Source: Psammoneis japonica
Taxonomy: Eukaryota
Reading direction: 5' to 3'
Length of the DNA stretch: 64,000 nucleotides
Assembly: GCA_008632985.1 (NCBI GenBank)
Contig: QPGO01000016.1
Location: forward strand, 406,840-470,839
A program made the position numbers and the translations under genes. The notes below the pieces were generated by a model. That model was not told the DNA's origin. It was given only the letters and a program-made list of their open reading frames with translations, and ran no database searches. Shown piece after piece: positions 22,767-34,149 of the stretch (within the stretch, counting starts at the first letter, position 1; the number at the start of each line of letters is the position of its first letter).

Positions 22767-25080
22767 TTAGACACGGTCCTCGTCAGCTTCAATGCCTTCT
22801 TCAACTGCAACCTCATCGTCGTCTGCGACAGCAGCTTCCATTTCTTGTTCACCGTCAGGGGAAGCTTCCATTTTCTGTTCAACATAGTATTCATCATCGT
22901 CGGGGTTATCAATCTCATCGCTTTCGTCGCTTTCTTGAACTTTGGTGGTTTCATCCTTTGGCATGTTGACTCCGGCATCTTCAGGGAGGATAAAGTTGAG
23001 AAGCATTGCAACGACGGTGCCAATGCAGTATCCTGTCGACAAAAAGATTGAGACTCCGTTGCGCACACCCTTCATCGTATCAGAGCAATCCTCACACCTC
23101 CAAAAATTCGCCGTGTAACTTGAGCCACGCATATCTTGAAAGGCAAAAGGCCAAACAGTGACACCAACTCCAATAGCGAGACTCAATGCCATGATGAATT
23201 TGACGCGGCGACTATGGATATCGAGACACCCTGCCAACGAAATTCCACTGACTAGAACGTTGGCGAACAAAAAGATAGTCATACCACCCAAAACGCAGTC
23301 AGGGATGCTTGTAATAATGCCTGAAAGCAGAGTTCACACAGTGAAATTTAAGAGAGTGTCGAGAAAAGTGAAATACTAAAACAGACACCATCACTTACCT
23401 GCGAACTTGCTAAAGATTCCCATAATAAGCAGCCAAAACGCAGCACCGTATCCCGCACGACGACTGGCGCATTTGGTCAAAGCAATCACACCATTGTTCT
23501 GAGAAAAAGTCGTGTTCGGCATGGTGGTGAACAAACCAGCCAAAATCGAGGCAAGAGCATCGGATGTAAGACCTCCCTGCAAGAGTCCGAATACTCCTGC
23601 GACTCAGTCGAAAGGTCAGAAACTTCATAGACAGCAGAGATGTCCCCAACCGTCTCGACGGTGGTCACCAAGTAACTGTACCCCGAAAGAAGACAGTGAC
23701 GATTGTCAGTCATACGAGAGAGGATTCCGAACAACAACAAGAAAGCAGTGAACGTACGCAATTAAGAGGGGAATGACAGCGGGACCATAGAGACCGAGAG
23801 GGAATGTATGAACCCACAAGAAGGTAACGGGGTCCGCCAACTTGATGTTGTCAGTGTTAACGTAGCTTGCGCCTTGATAGTCAGCAATGGCGGCGATCAT
23901 GTATCCGAACAAGAGCGCAAGGATCACTATGGGTTCGTCGCAAATGAGCGCAACAAAGATTGAGCTAACGAACAAAAGAAACACGAGGGGACTCATGATG
24001 ATGAACGTAGATACTCACCGTTGCAATTCTTCATGAAGATGCTTCCAAACAACTCGATGAATACAAGGAAAACCATGACTGAAAATCCCAATCCTACTAA
24101 CTCCGGCGATCCATAGCCCAAGGCAACGTCTCCGTTGAAGCAAATCGGCTGAAGCAAAATCAACGCTGATGAGACCCAAGGCAAAGCGGCTCAGCAAGAT
24201 GTAGCACTAGGATGGAAACTTACACTCGGGTTAATGGGAATCATTTCCGATGCCGTTTCGTTGATTTGACCATGCTCTTTCCACACCATGTCGGCGCAAA
24301 CGGCTCCTCCACCCCAGTATTTCATACCTGTTCCGGCAAGGGCGACACCAATCAGAATGACCGTAATGGACGTCACAAGAGGAGGGAACACACTCTTGAT
24401 CCACTTGAGCGGAAAGAGGGAGAAGAAGAATTCCAAGAGAGCGCAGAGCATGCTAGTTCCGAGCATGGCACCGTACGCTTCTAAACTATCCACTCCGTCG
24501 GCCGTTTGCTGGCGAATACCAATCTCGAAAATGGGTAAGAACGTAAACGAAGTTCCCATGACGGAAAGGACGCCACTTCCAATGTAAAGCTGACGCCCCC
24601 AGAACTTTTTGGAAAATGGAACTGGCGTCTTGGAGATATTCATGATGGTGGTCAACCCACTAGTGATGAGAGCTGCAGCGATCGCATACTGCTGCAAATC
24701 AACACAAGTGAAGCAGATGGTGAAGCGGAAGATGACGTAGGGAACTGTAGAAAACAGTACGTAACAAAATAAAAAAGAAAAAATGAGTTCGCGTTGAGCG
24801 AGACAATCTTTCGCACGATCACAAGTAATCATTTCAATCTTCTCACCTGTAATGAGCCCTCCAACCATGGCAAAGGCGTGCTGCAATCCCATGACAAGAG
24901 CCATAAAGATCGGAATCTCTTCATCTTTGGTGTAAAAATTCACCTTTTTCTTTCTCCTTTGTTGAAACAAGGACAGTTTGGAATGCACATGGACTTGTAG
25001 TCGTAGCGCTCCCCAGAGCCAATAAGACGATCACGCCACGACTTGTCGCTGGCGCATGGCTGATGACAGCTGAATCCCAT
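22767..25080 (-). CDS. NCS2/NAT family purine (xanthine/urate/uracil) permease, multi-exon, with apparent homopolymer frameshifts
   Basis: MGLQHAFAMVGG, GVLSVMGTSFTF, FPPLVT, NAT signature TTFSQNNGVIALTKCASRRAG, GGMTIFLFANV, acidic C-terminal tail. Confidence 0.9.
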
Positions 25081-26077
25081 GGTTCAAACTACTGTTTCCC
25101 TCGTTGATCAGTGAGAACAAAGGGTTCAACTTGCAAAAGTGGAGTCCGGGATGAGGAAGATACGAATGCGTGTGGGAAAAAGTGATCGTCTTGTGAACGG
25201 AAGTTTGCCGAATTTGCACTTGCTGGATTTCGTTCTGAGTTCTACGCTAGCAATATACTGGTTCTACGTAATATCGAAAATTGTACACAATTCGACAATT
25301 TCGAAATTTCACAAAATTTTCGTCTTCAACTATGTATACATTTGAATATTATTTATATATGCTTTCATTGACTGACACTTGGAAGAAATATCGCAGATGG
25401 TCCAATCAATTCTTCAGCTTCTTCAGAGCTGAATGAACAGGATATGTTCGTCGTTGCATCTACGTCATAACGTGTCAATATGTGACACGGCACAAAGAAT
25501 GCATGTATGTAAATATTACCACATGCGCAGCGATGGATGAATGGACGGACGGAGTCGTCTTGCCTGTTCTATTAATTCTGCATTCGATCCGCTGTAATCA
25601 ATGGCGCAAATGAAGAGCTTGATAGTTCCACCCACACAGGTTTCCTTGGCAGCTGAAACAAACGGGTTAAGGCGAGTGCGATTCGATTTCGATATTGGTT
25701 TCCTTTTGGCTGATGATGGATTGATTGCCACAAGAAGTGCGCGTGGATGGAGCTTCACGGGGAAAGCGCCGGCATCATCCAAAATTTCAAAATTTTACCA
25801 TTGAGTATACGTTGTTGTATATAAGAACCACGACTCAACTGATCGTCTGTCCACCACCACGATATCACCGCTCACGTTTCTCGCAAACCGCAACGCGAAA
25901 CACGACACCACCACCGACATCGCCGATACGCAGGGCTTCGATGTGCTTCGAGGCGATAGACGTGCCGAGTGGGAAGATCTCGAACGAAATATAAAACGAA
26001 GCAATCTGAGTTACCCATTACATTCTTCAAAACTGTCAGCGAGTCCATTTCTCTTTACGATCATAGAAAAAATAACG

Positions 26078-27109
26078 ATGATTTCGACACGAACTGCCAG
26101 TTCAAGGTTCATACCGAGAATGGCAAACGCACCAATTGTGAACGGCCAAAAGCGATCCATATCTCTTCTTCACCATAGACTGGTTGCTTCTCTGGATAAT
26201 ACACAGAGACAGGGTGACTTGAAATATGCAATTGACATGGTTCGTGGTCACGATCCTGTTGGTTACTTGCCCGGTTTGCTTTTGCCGACACGAGAAATGC
26301 AATTGGGATATTATGCGGTGCGTTCCTTTTGGGTGGAAACAGGATTTCGTCTCAAACCAACAACACCCCTTCCCATAACAGCGTCTCCTCAAGAACAATT
26401 GGACTGGTGGAAACAGGGAGTTGAAGATTTATACAATGACAACAAAACCACGGATCATCCGACGTTTCGACTGCTGCAAGACTTGCAAGAAAAACACGAT
26501 TTGTCCAAAACGTATTTTGATAATGTCATTTCTGGAAGAGAAAAGGACTTGGATCTCAAGCAATATCCTACGTTGGACAGTTTAATAAGACATGCCTCCT
26601 TGTCTTGTGGAAGGCTTTTGCAACTTGTGCTGCAATGTGGTAGTGTGTCGTCTCCGGTTGCCTTTCAAGTAGCGGAATCGGTAGGTAGATGCCATGGATT
26701 GACCAACGCGTTGAGAACTTCTATTCCCGTTATATCAACCACGGGAAAGCTAATTGTTCCTCAAGACTTGTGTGAAAAGTATGGCGTGCGAAGCCCGCGT
26801 TACTTGCTAAGTGCTCTTGGCCAAGGCGATGCTGAATGTAGAGCGACCTTTCTCAACTCCATCCGAGATATCGTCGAGGTGGCAAGAGATCAATTGAAGG
26901 AGGCACGAGAACATCGTCTCGAGCTTTTGTCCGAATCTCGAGAAGCAGTGGCAGTCATGCTGCCAGGTCTTGCCTCAGAGACGTTTCTAGACCGGTTGGA
27001 AAGGGCTGGATACGACCTGACGGACAAGAGCTTGCGCAACGTTGGTATGATCGAACACGCCACTTGTTCTGGTCGCATGATTCTGGCTTACTACAACGAA
27101 ACCTATTAA
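26078..27109 (+). CDS. NDUFAF6: Complex I assembly factor 6 (squalene/phytoene synthase-like)
   Basis: Mitochondrial-type leader, VRGHDPVGY, QLDWWKQ, ISGREKDL, GLTNALR, FLDRLERAGYD. Confidence 0.75.
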   Translation: MISTRTASSRFIPRMANAPIVNGQKRSISLLHHRLVASLDNTQRQGDLKYAIDMVRGHDPVGYLPGLLLPTREMQLGYYAVRSFWVETGFRLKPTTPLPITASPQEQLDWWKQGVEDLYNDNKTTDHPTFRLLQDLQEKHDLSKTYFDNVISGREKDLDLKQYPTLDSLIRHASLSCGRLLQLVLQCGSVSSPVAFQVAESVGRCHGLTNALRTSIPVISTTGKLIVPQDLCEKYGVRSPRYLLSALGQGDAECRATFLNSIRDIVEVARDQLKEAREHRLELLSESREAVAVMLPGLASETFLDRLERAGYDLTDKSLRNVGMIEHATCSGRMILAYYNETY

Positions 27110-27365
27110 GGGTGACTTTTATGTAACGAATATATTATAGATTAGTATTCCTGCCTTGTAACATACCTTCATTCAAAACAGAGAGGAGTAAAGCGTAATA
27201 CATGCAATTCAGATGAAAGTACTCAGTCCCGTCAAGGATTCCCTTTATCGAAAGCACATTAACCCATGATTCCTCCTCTCAAATGCATTATCAAACTTCA
27301 GTTGTCAATATCGAAAGGTATAGATGACTTGAGTCCTCGTCAGAGCAAACATAAGTAAGTTCCTT

Positions 27366-28788
27366 TTACCGGGTGTCCTCTTTTTCTGAGTCGACCACCT
27401 GGTTTCCTTGGTTCATCACGGACGGCGGCAGCTTGGTGAATTCTTGAGGATCTTGTGGAGGCTGAGGGACAGCATTACCCGCTGCAGCTTGCATCATGCG
27501 CTGCTTGGTAATGAGATCAAACTGCTGCTGATGCTGCTGTTGCGCCAACAAAAGGTTCGCCGCTTGTTGACGTTGAAGCGAGATTGCTTCCGGACTGGTC
27601 GCGCCTAGCATTGGGACTTGGGCTTTTTCTTGAGCCATCAACATGGAGAGGTAGTTGTTCTGCTTATTCCTCTCCAAAGCATGAATGGCAGCGTTCACCA
27701 CTCCACGCGAATACCTGCTGTTCTCATCGAGGGACCCCAACGCCGGACTTGATACCGGAGCTCTGGCAACAGCAGAGCTGCTGCTTGAATCAGTGGTACC
27801 TTGTGTACCAAGAGAGTCTTGAGGCTGGTTAGGAAGCTGTGGCTGAGCTAAACTTGCCGTCCAATTGTGCTGCTGTTGCTGCTGCATGAACAGTTCTTGA
27901 CGTTGCCGCTCCAGCTGCTGTTGAAGCAACAGGATATTCGGGTCAATCGCGGCTGCGCCGATAGAACTCGGTCCCATAGTCCCAAACGTAGGAGTGATCT
28001 GCAACCTTGACATGTTCATGTTAAGCCGACCAGGCACTTGCTGCTGAGCAGCATGCCCGTGATTGATCGTCTTCTGCAACTTGCTCTGACGCTTGTCGCT
28101 GTTCTGGCAACACATTTGCATGCAGAGACGCAAATTACCTCGCTGAAAGCAATCGTGGTAGTACGCACCGGTCTCTGTTCCTCTTGTTACCCTATGGAAT
28201 CCCCATCGATTAAGCTTACGCGTGAAGGACGTAAATTTCGTGCGTTTGAAGTATTTTGGGAGAACTTCAAGAGCAAACCTCTTCTTGTGATAGATCATGA
28301 ATCCTCGACCATGAGGCAGCCAAGAGACAATTTCGGAATTACCTTCATCAGCAAGAATATCCATAAGCTATAGAAGGCCAATGTCGAAGGTTCGAGCAGA
28401 AGCAGCGAGTTAGATAATGTACGATGAGACTCATGATGGGTTCAACAAGAAGGAAGCAGGCGTGCTTCTCTATCAACAACATAAACTGGCCCGGCCCGGC
28501 TTTACCTTCAATTGCCGTATCGCAGCATTCACACCCAATCAAGTCGAAGCAGTGTGTTGTTCTTACCTTCTGCGGGAAGCTCATGGGAATATGATCTTCT
28601 TTGGCATTATCGTTGGTTGGGTCTTCCTGTGTCTTCTCACCAGCATAAACCCTGTTCTTCTCAGACGCTTCTGCAGAAGTACCGAGGTTTGCCATTGCAG
28701 ATGCAGCCTCCTTGGCTGCATCAAACTGTTTGGCCAGACCCTCGTTCATTTCGTTTCCATTGGCAATGCCGTCGGTAGAGTTGGACAT
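27366..28788 (-). CDS. Heat-shock-factor-type transcription factor with Q-rich tail; intron ~28368-28566
   Basis: SFPQK|LMDIL...IVSWLPHGRGF...YFKRTKFTSFTRKLNRWGF. Confidence 0.9.
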
Positions 28789-29289
28789 GGTCACCGACTG
28801 CTTCTTCAACGTCGCAGGTTCCTGCGGTGACAAAGCTGCGACTTTGTTCTTCCGTCGTTTGCAACAACGTTAGAATTCGCATTTGTATCGCTGTAGGCCG
28901 TTTTGTACCAAGCTTCCGTAGAAAGTTCTGTCTAATTGTTCGTTGAAATTTCATTGACACGCAAAAAATTCAATCGCGACTTTTTGTTTGTTCCGCCGAT
29001 TTTTACTTAAACAAATGACTTTTACTTAACAGAATCAAAAATGGTACATTCTTAAGTCATATAGTCATAATGTCCTAATCGGACTCTTTATTGGATCGTG
29101 GGTAATCGTGGTTTTAAGGGAGTCATTTCCAAAAAACAGCGATTAAGTATTTTTATCATTTTTTATAGAAAACGCGAACGCCGAAGAATTCATCGTTCTA
29201 AGTAAATTGATGGCATCCACAACATTCAATAAATGGTTCTTGCACTTCGGGATAAAGAAAGCCAAAAAATTCTGAAATTGCAGCGCATC

Positions 29290-32200
29290 ATGCTCGGAAA
29301 AAGCCTTCCACGTCACGCGGCATCAAGCGTTGAAGAATCAATGACGTCATCAACAACGATGCTTTGACTTTTTTGTTTGAATGTGGCAGCCATGAAATCA
29401 CATTGACTTTTGTTGCTTGGGTCAATGCATGCGCCAACATTGTTTTAACCAACAGCTTTCTCTTCATACAGAACAGGATCTCTGCCTGGCAACCGGGGTC
29501 ATGTGTGCTGTCTCTTGAAGTTTTTTTTCTCTCTCTGTCTTGCGCTGACAACATCCAGGGGCTGCTTGGCTGCTTGCTCTCTGTTTGTCCTTCTGTTTGT
29601 TGTGTTGATTGTGGACCTGTTTGCTGGCACAATGAATGTGACCTGCCGAAAATGTACCCTCAATGCTTGCACAAGAACCCTTGTGTGTGGCTGGTGGGAA
29701 GCTGCAATTTGGCTGCATTGCTTTTCGCAAAGAGCTGGAGCATTTTTGCAAATGTGGTGGTGCGCGCAGACCCACCTGTGAACTTGACACTTGAAAGCAC
29801 AGTTGGAAGTTTTTGAAGACATTGTCTGTGCAAACTTATTCTTAAATTTTGGTGCTGCTTTGCCAACTCTGACTGCTTCACAAGCGCACCACACTCCCTG
29901 TGCTCAAGAGTGTGTTTTGCCAAAAAAAAAAAGTGGCCGGCATCTCTCGTCATTGTCAACATGTTTTCTTGCAAAAGATCAATTGACAAGAAACAAAATT
30001 TTTACACCTGTGATTGCCAATCTCCACAGGTGTCACAATTTCTTTCAAAAATCAGAAATCAGCCGATGATGTGCTGATCTCTTGGCTGCAAAATCTGATC
30101 AATGTTTTGACACTGGCTCACAATTTTCAGCTGCAAATCTGGCACTGTCCAAAGTCATCATTTGAGTTGACAGTCAGTTTTTTTCTGGTGGTCATGGATT
30201 TGCAATGTTTTGTTTTGCAGCCTGGCATCTTTCTCAGGAGGTTGGCTCATTTGCTTGAAAGTTTCTCAGCTTGGCCGCACATTGCATGTTTTGTTTTGGC
30301 ATTTCTGCTGCTGTCACTTGTCTCTTTGTTGCACACCAGGCACCACACAACCAAGCTGCCAACCCATTGTTTGCATGACAACAGCACACCCCTCCTGTCA
30401 CAACCCACTGTGTCCTTGCTGCGTGTCTGACAACAATCATGAAAAAGACTCTCCTTTCAAAACAATGAACCAACCCCTTTTTTGACAGGGAGTGCAACTG
30501 CAAACTTGAATCCTTTCCTTCTGTGCAAGGTCAATTTGCACTCCAGAGCCCAGTTCACAACAATGTCAAGCAGCCCTCACTGCAGCCATGCTGTCATTTG
30601 TTCCCTGTCATCATTCGTGTGCCCTGTTGTTGTCAACCACAAATGCACGTCAACTGATTTGACCTCATCTTTGCATTGCAATTTGACAAATTCTGACATT
30701 TGCCCAGACCACCGCAGCATGAGTCAATCTCCCATGTTTTGTTCAACGTCACTTTGAAGTTGTCAATTGACAACAAATGTGCCACCACAAACATGTTTGG
30801 GGCACCAAGTCATTGGGGCCAGCATGGCAGTGATTTGATTTGGTGTTTCACTTTCTTGCAGGGCTTGCACATTGCACTCTGTTTTAGCTGTGGCTGCAAG
30901 CCTCCAAAAAATGCATTGTGCACTGCAACCCCAATGAAGCTCAACTTCACATTTCTGGCTTGCGCAACCCAACCAATCTTCCTGTGAGATCCATTCTTGC
31001 TTGCACTTTAGAGCAGGATGAAATGGAAGATGGCTCGCCCATTCATTGCAGTTCTTCATTGCTTCTAACTGAGAGAAGCTTGTTTCAAAAAAAAATGCTG
31101 CTGCAAATTTCTCCAGTCTCTTCAAGCCATTTTGAAACTGCAAAACAACTGTGTGTGTCTCTGGCATTCCCAGTGCATTGCTTTTTGAAGTTTCACTCAC
31201 CCCACAGCTGCCCCCAGCAACCAAACCTTTGAATGAGTCTCTCTGGAGTTTGGAAACTCAAGTCTGCTGATGTTGGGGACAAGGGTTGCATGGGGCCACA
31301 ACCCACAAGATCAACTTTGCAATGCTCAACTGCAGTTCTCAAACAAGTCTTTTGCCTGGGGCCCATCAAAAACCCCCAACCAATGCCCTGGGCACACCCT
31401 CAGCTTGTTGCTCCTTTTGTCAGGTTCTTGGCTGGCACAGTCATGGGGGCCCTTGCACTCTGGAGTGTGGAAACTCAAGTTTGCTGCTGCTGCTGTTGGG
31501 GACAATGTGACATGGGGCCACCACACCCCAAGATCAACCTTGCAATGCTCAACCACAGTTCTTTAAATCTCACCTGGCATCCACCAGAGACCACTGATGC
31601 CCTCAGCATGTGGTTGTCAGGCAGGTTGGAAGGTGCCATCATGAAACCCTTCTGCTCTGGAGTTTTGGGAAAGTCAAGTCCATCACTGTTGTGGACAAGG
31701 TCACATGGGGTCACAATGCTGCAAGATCAACTTTGCAATGCCCAGCCACAGTTCTTGAAGTGTCGCCCGGGGTCCACCAGTTGAAGCCAATGCCCTCAGC
31801 TCTTGCAGTTGTCAGGTTGGTTGGTGCTGTCATGGGATGGCTGCACTCTGGAGTTTGGAAAGCCAAGTTGGCTGTTGTTGGGGACAAGGTGACATGGGGG
31901 GACTCAAGTGTCTGCTGCCATTAGAGACAAGGTGACATGGGTTCACAATGACACAAGATCAACCTTGCAGTGCCCAACCACAGTTCTTGAAGTCTCACCT
32001 GGGGTCTGTCAGACACCACCAATGTCTTCAGCTTGCAGTTGTCAAGTCAGTTGGTGTCGTCAGGCATGGGATGGTTGCACTCTGGATTTGGGAAAGTCAA
32101 GACTGCTGCTGTCAGGCACAAGGCAACATGAGGCCACAACACCCCAAGTTCAACCTTGCAACACTCAACCACAGCTCACAAAGTCTCACCTGCAGGGTTT

Positions 32201-33880
32201 CCCAGACACCACCAGTGTCCTCAGCTGGCAATTGTTGCATTGGCTGTCACAGCTCTGGGGCCCTTGCAGCCCTTGTTGCACTCTCTGCCTGGAGTTTGAA
32301 ACTTGAGTCTGCTGCTGTTGGGGACAAGGTAACATGGCACCACAACACCACAAGGACAACCTCTTTCAAAGCTCAACCACAGTTCTAAAAGTCCAGGTTG
32401 GAGCCCACCAGATGCTGGCAACACCCTCAGCTTGCAGTTGCAAGGTTGGCAGTTGGCACCACCATGGGATGGCAGCACTCTGGAGTTGGGAAAGTCAAGT
32501 CTGCTGCTGTTGGGGGCAACATGTGGCATGGGGTTGCAACACAACAAGATCAACATTTTAATGCCCAGCCACAGTTCTTAAAGTCACACTTGGGGCCCAC
32601 ACCAGACACCACCAGTGCCTTCAGCTTGCAGCTGTGGTCAGGTTGGTTGGTGCCACCATCTTGGGGTCCTTTCACTCTGGTGTTTGGAAGTTCAAGCACA
32701 AATGTGAAATTTTGTTTTTCAACAAGAAGCAGCCAATTGAGGCCACAAAAACTGAGACATCAACCTTCTTCAAAAACAGGCACAATGCATCTGATCAAAA
32801 AATGTTCAACACCCAGGCTGCTGAACAAATAAAAACTCACAAGCATCCTGCATTGGCTGGCAATGAAGACCAATGAAATGGTTCACTCAAGTTGACTCAA
32901 ACAATCCAAAACTCAGAAAACAAATGCAACAAAAAGCTTTTTTTAAACAACCACTTGCAAAATGACATTCAGGCAATGATCGCCAGGCCAACTGGCTCAC
33001 AGCTCCATGGCAAAAAGGTGCACTCCCACCACACAAAACAACACAAAATCACAGGATGCACCCAAGCAGCACACAAACAATGACAATGTTGCAGGAATGC
33101 ACCAGCAAAACCCAGGACCCTGCATGTGCCAACAAAGAAAAGCCATGGGAAAGGTGAGAGGTCAGAAGTGCAGCACAGCAGCAGGCAGCTCACAGCAAAC
33201 AACACACAAACTGACACTTTCCTTTTGCATTTTCTTCATTTCTTGAAACTCAGACAAGTTGAAAAAGCAGCCAAGGACAAAAAATAAATTGCTGCAGCAG
33301 TGCTGCACACAGGCAAGCAGAAACAGAGCAGTGCTGTGCCATGCTTGCCAAAGAAAATGTGCCAAACTGACAACTTCTCTGCTGTCTCCTGCCAGGGATT
33401 GCAGTCATGTCTCACAATGAAAGGCTCTGTCACAACTGGCTCTTTTTGAAACACAAGTGATGTTTCATCCAAAACAAATTTCTGCAGTGTGGCTGTTGCT
33501 GGAAAATCAGTCACTGCCAAGAGCTGGCATTGTTGACACAGAGGGAGGGGGGGGTGGTGGCAGCAAGCATGTGATGGGATTTGCAACTTGCTTGATGAGG
33601 GCAGGCTGGCGGCGCCATTGCCCAAAGTGTTCCCTGATTCTTTGGGACAGCCACCAAGGAACAAACAATCATCTGGGGTAGAAAGCTGTCAGCTGATGTG
33701 GGGAAGCATGAAGCAGCCACCACCCCACACCGGGAGAGCAAGGGGGGGGCTTGCCATGGAGGCGCACAGTGTGTGTGGTGCACAGCGGCACCGCCTGTGC
33801 TGGCTCTCCTCAACAAGGGGCAGAGAAGCCCAATGCCAAAAACAAGAATGAATGTCATTGGCGCAAGAGAACCCTCAGAA
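29290..33880. other. TpA/CpG-depleted island 3 (degenerate sequence, element type not identified)
   Basis: TA and CG are rare, and many Cys/His-rich spurious ORFs occur. Lies between the divergent HSF and Rieske genes. Confidence 0.85.
31240..32700. repeat. Degenerate tandem array, ~190-235-bp unit, ~7-8 copies
   Basis: Anchor ctctggagtttggaaa.tcaagtctgctg recurs at ~31241, 31456, 31654, 31844, 32078, 32287, 32476 and 32672, followed by ggggacaaggtgacatgg and aagatcaac.ttgcaatgc.caaccacagttct. Confidence 0.85.
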
Positions 33881-34149
33881 GAAATTACACACGAGAAAAA
33901 GAACATTTGTCGGTTCTCTTGAAAGAAACGAGGAGAAAGAAAGGACCCCTGCCTCGTCCCCCGACCTCCCCAAAGCAAGGTGCGCTAGAGAGAAGAAACG
34001 CGCGACATCGGACAGCACAATGGCATATGCTGAGCAAGTGCTGGGTGCGACGCCTGTGAAACGCCGCAAAGTCCAATTCCTCGTTGTAATCGACATTGTG
34101 TGTCGAAAAACAGTTTTCAGTTTTCATAGAAAGCACAATCTGCCTAACC

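Noticed and set aside
31240..32700. CRISPR-like array
   Set aside because: The whole ~200-bp unit is homologous between copies, with no unique spacers and no cas genes, in a eukaryotic context.
29290..33880. The numerous 60-180-aa Cys/His-rich ORFs in the islands as real genes (e.g. metal-binding proteins)
   Set aside because: They overlap in all frames, lack Tyr and end mostly in TGA, which is the expected by-product of TA/CG erasure.
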